DNA from: Fidelibacterota bacterium
GTDB lineage: Bacteria > Fidelibacterota > UBA2242 > JAFGTP01
Direction of reading: 5' to 3'
Assembly: GCA_021735285.1 (NCBI GenBank)
Contig: JAIPHI010000002.1
Location: 1-35,825 of the forward strand
Length of the DNA stretch: 35,825 nt
The notes under the pieces are model-generated. The model was not told the DNA's origin, searched no databases, and was given only the letters and a program-made list of their open reading frames with translations. Both the position numbers and the translations under genes were made by a program. Below, in pieces: positions 33,687 to 35,825 of this stretch. Each line of letters starts with the position of its first letter. Position 1 is the stretch's first letter.

Positions 33687-35645
33687 ATGATGAGAAAAAT
33701 TTTAGTCGTTTTGTTAGTTGTTGTTTTAGTAGGATGTACTAAAAAGGATGGTCCTGTTGGTGATTATTCGATATCTACGATCGATCAGGAAAAAGTCGAG
33801 ATCACTGACGGTCTTTGGGAAGACCGAATTTCAGTAGTTCAGAACAAAACTATACCCTATGGATTTAGGAAGTGCGAAGAGAAGGGGAGAATGGATAATT
33901 TTCTAATCGCCGGTGGAAAAATGGAAGGTCCGGTTAAAGGCAAGATGCCTTTTGATGATACAGATCCGTACAAGGTTATTGAAGGAGCGTCCTATGCTTT
34001 GATGAATGATTATGATCCTGATCTGGATTCCTATCTGGATTCTATAATTAATATCATTTCAATAGGCCAGGAGGAGGATGGATATCTGACAACATGGAAG
34101 ACAATTGATCCGCAGAATTCTCCGGCAGAATGGTGTCCACCCGGTGGAAGATGGGAAAATCTGGACTTCAGTCATGAATTATATAATGCCGGGCATCTGT
34201 ATCATGCAGCTGCCGCTCATTATCAGGCTACAGGAAAAAAGAGTTTACTTAATATAGCTACGAAAAATGCAGATTTGATTAATCAGGTTTTTGGTCCCGA
34301 AAAATTGACAATTCCACCCGGTCATCAAATTATTGAGACGGGCCTGATCCGTTTATACAACATTACTCAAAAACAAGAATATTTGGACCTGGCTAAATAT
34401 TTTCTGGAATTGCGAGGAGATTCAACAACTCACGAACTTTACGGCCCCTATTCTCAGGACCATAAACCGGTTGTGGAACAGGATGAAGCCGTAGGCCATG
34501 CTGTGCGGGCTGTCTATATGTATGATGCAATGACTGATATTGCAGCTATGGATGAAGATCCGGAATATAAAGAGGCGGTCCATGATATTTGGAATAATAT
34601 TGTCAATAAAAAACTGCATCTGACGGGAGGAATTGGAGCCCGGCACGAAGGGGAATCTTTTGGTGATAATTATGAACTGCCAAATCTGACTGCCTATTGT
34701 GAAACCTGTGCTGCCATTGGGCTTGCTATCTGGAATAATAAGATGTTTTGCTTAACCGGGGATGCAAAGTATATTGATATTCTGGAAAGAAGTCTATATA
34801 ATGGATTGATTTCGGGATTAGCATTGGAAGGGACTAAATTCTTTTATCCCAATCCACTCGAAGCGGATGGTGAGTACAAATTTAATAAAGGTGCTATAAC
34901 CCGGAAGGAATGGTTCGATTGCTCGTGTTGTCCTACTAATTTAATGCGTTTCATGCCTTCTATTCCTAAATATATTTATGCCAGGGAGGGCAAAACTCTT
35001 TTTGTCAATTTATTTATTCCCAATCATACTGAAATATCCCTCGATAATACGCCGGTCACTATCACCCAAAAAACAGAATATCCCTGGGAAGGGGAAGTAA
35101 ATATAAATATTCAAACGGAAGAAGCAGTAAAATTTACTATGAAGGTACGAATACCGGGTTGGTCTAGAAATCAACCGGTTCCCGGCGACCTCTATCATTA
35201 CAAGCAGGAGTATAGTGGCTCACCGAAGATCATGGTAAATGGTGAAGAAGTATCACATTTCCTGGAGAATGGTTATTTTACTATCGACAGAAGCTGGGAA
35301 AGCGGCGATCAAGTAACTGTTGATTTCCCCATGCCTGTGCGGCAGGTAATTGCCAATCAGAAGGTAAAAGCCGATCGTGACAAATTAGCTTTTGAGCGCG
35401 GACCAGTTGTCTATTGTGCTGAAGAAGTCGATAACTCCGGGAATGTATTTGATTTTCGTATTCCTGAAAAACCTGTATTGCAATCTCAGTTTCAGCCTGG
35501 TCTTTTAAGAGGTCTCAATGTGATAACTGCGGAATTGCCGGTTGTTGATAAGAAATCTGATAAGGTAGATTTTACTGCCATACCCTATTACTCCTGGTCA
35601 AATCGGACTCCTGGTAAAATGCGGGTCTGGTTTCCAAAGTATTAA
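33687..35645 (+). CDS. Glycoside hydrolase family 127 (beta-L-arabinofuranosidase-type, DUF1680) lipoprotein
   Basis: 652 aa with lipobox LVGC. AYCETCAA (Glu-x-Cys) and DCSCCPTN (Cys-Cys) match the Zn-ligand and nucleophile cysteines described for GH127 HypBA1. An alternative ATG lies one codon downstream. Confidence 0.9.
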   Translation: MMRKILVVLLVVVLVGCTKKDGPVGDYSISTIDQEKVEITDGLWEDRISVVQNKTIPYGFRKCEEKGRMDNFLIAGGKMEGPVKGKMPFDDTDPYKVIEGASYALMNDYDPDLDSYLDSIINIISIGQEEDGYLTTWKTIDPQNSPAEWCPPGGRWENLDFSHELYNAGHLYHAAAAHYQATGKKSLLNIATKNADLINQVFGPEKLTIPPGHQIIETGLIRLYNITQKQEYLDLAKYFLELRGDSTTHELYGPYSQDHKPVVEQDEAVGHAVRAVYMYDAMTDIAAMDEDPEYKEAVHDIWNNIVNKKLHLTGGIGARHEGESFGDNYELPNLTAYCETCAAIGLAIWNNKMFCLTGDAKYIDILERSLYNGLISGLALEGTKFFYPNPLEADGEYKFNKGAITRKEWFDCSCCPTNLMRFMPSIPKYIYAREGKTLFVNLFIPNHTEISLDNTPVTITQKTEYPWEGEVNINIQTEEAVKFTMKVRIPGWSRNQPVPGDLYHYKQEYSGSPKIMVNGEEVSHFLENGYFTIDRSWESGDQVTVDFPMPVRQVIANQKVKADRDKLAFERGPVVYCAEEVDNSGNVFDFRIPEKPVLQSQFQPGLLRGLNVITAELPVVDKKSDKVDFTAIPYYSWSNRTPGKMRVWFPKY

Positions 35646-35662
35646 AATAAAAACCTTGCAAA

Positions 35663-35705
35663 GGAATAACCTTGCGAAGGTTCCAAAACCTTCGCAAGTT
35701 ATTCC
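35663..35705 (+). terminator. Long hairpin downstream of the GH127 gene (probable terminator or REP-like element)
   Basis: GGAATAACCTTGCGAAGGTT-CCAA-AACCTTCGCAAGTTATTCC gives about 19 bp with one bulged C. It starts 18 nt after the stop. No clear T-run follows. Confidence 0.5.
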
Positions 35706-35748
35706 GGTCAAAGTCAAATATTATTTTCAATAAATTCCATATTTTTAT

Positions 35749-35776
35749 TTGACATTAGATTTATCTTTTTTATCTT
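35749..35776 (+). promoter_or_regulatory. Candidate sigma-70-type promoter (TTGACA-16 nt-TATCTT)
   Basis: A perfect -35 hexamer lies at 35749-35754 and a TAnnnT -10 at 35771-35776, about 25 nt upstream of an ATG with an AAAGGG SD. Confidence 0.3.
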
Positions 35777-35799
35777 ATTTTTAGAAAAGGGCAGATCAG

Positions 35800-35825
35800 A
35801 TGAACCCGCACTTGATGTTAAAGCA
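35800..35825 (+). CDS. Possible start of a gene running off the right edge (MNPHLMLK...)
   Basis: ATG at 35800, preceded by AAAGGG and the candidate promoter. Only 8 codons are visible, so there is no functional inference. Confidence 0.25.

Noticed and set aside
1-35825. CRISPR arrays, mobile elements, tRNA/rRNA genes and defence-system signatures (nucleases, helicases, methyltransferases, reverse transcriptases, toxin-antitoxin pairs)
   Set aside because: I scanned both the ORF translations and the intergenic regions. I found no regularly spaced direct repeats, no transposase, integrase or RT motifs, no cloverleaf-like sequences and no terminal inverted repeats flanking any block. The window appears to be core chromosome rather than an accessory island.

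Overview
This is a gene-dense, low-GC chromosomal segment. Spot counts give about 40% GC in typical genes and much lower in some membrane-protein genes. I can support 31 protein-coding genes (one cut by the left edge), a possible 8-codon start of another gene at the right edge, one gene remnant, several intrinsic terminators and a few repeats or palindromes. I found no tRNA, rRNA, CRISPR array, transposase, integrase, phage, restriction-modification or toxin-antitoxin signatures.

Most content is housekeeping: hisS, lgt, rpsT, htpG, pckA, mnmA, panB, panC, an MtnA-type isomerase, a PfkB kinase, a NUDIX hydrolase, a nitroreductase, YjbQ, an SDR epimerase and a GH127 lipoprotein. There are also two ABC-transporter sets, one of them a GldA/GldF/GldG-like set with a DUF4340-like gene. 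This gene content looks like the FCB superphylum. However, nearly every gene has a strong GGAGG-type Shine-Dalgarno, which argues against classical Bacteroidia.

The best candidate for an uncharacterised system is a 7.3-kb, four-gene, translationally coupled envelope operon at 13476-20745. It encodes a DUF4159-like exported protein, a 1135-aa three-TM, beta-rich, Gln-rich coiled-coil giant, a TPR protein and an exported class-I-amidotransferase-like protein. The MoxR/DUF58/vWA partners I recall as usual for such genes are absent from the window.

Secondary leads are:
- a cNMP-type Crp/Fnr regulator co-transcribed with GerW/DUF2953 homologues, with an FNR-like box in their leader;
- an MtnA-like isomerase paired with a PfkB kinase, which may reflect pentose-bisphosphate chemistry rather than methionine salvage;
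- a GGAAAC heptad array in a 718-bp non-coding gap;
- a decayed alpha/beta-hydrolase fragment.

All family calls come from by-eye motif recognition. No database search was run.
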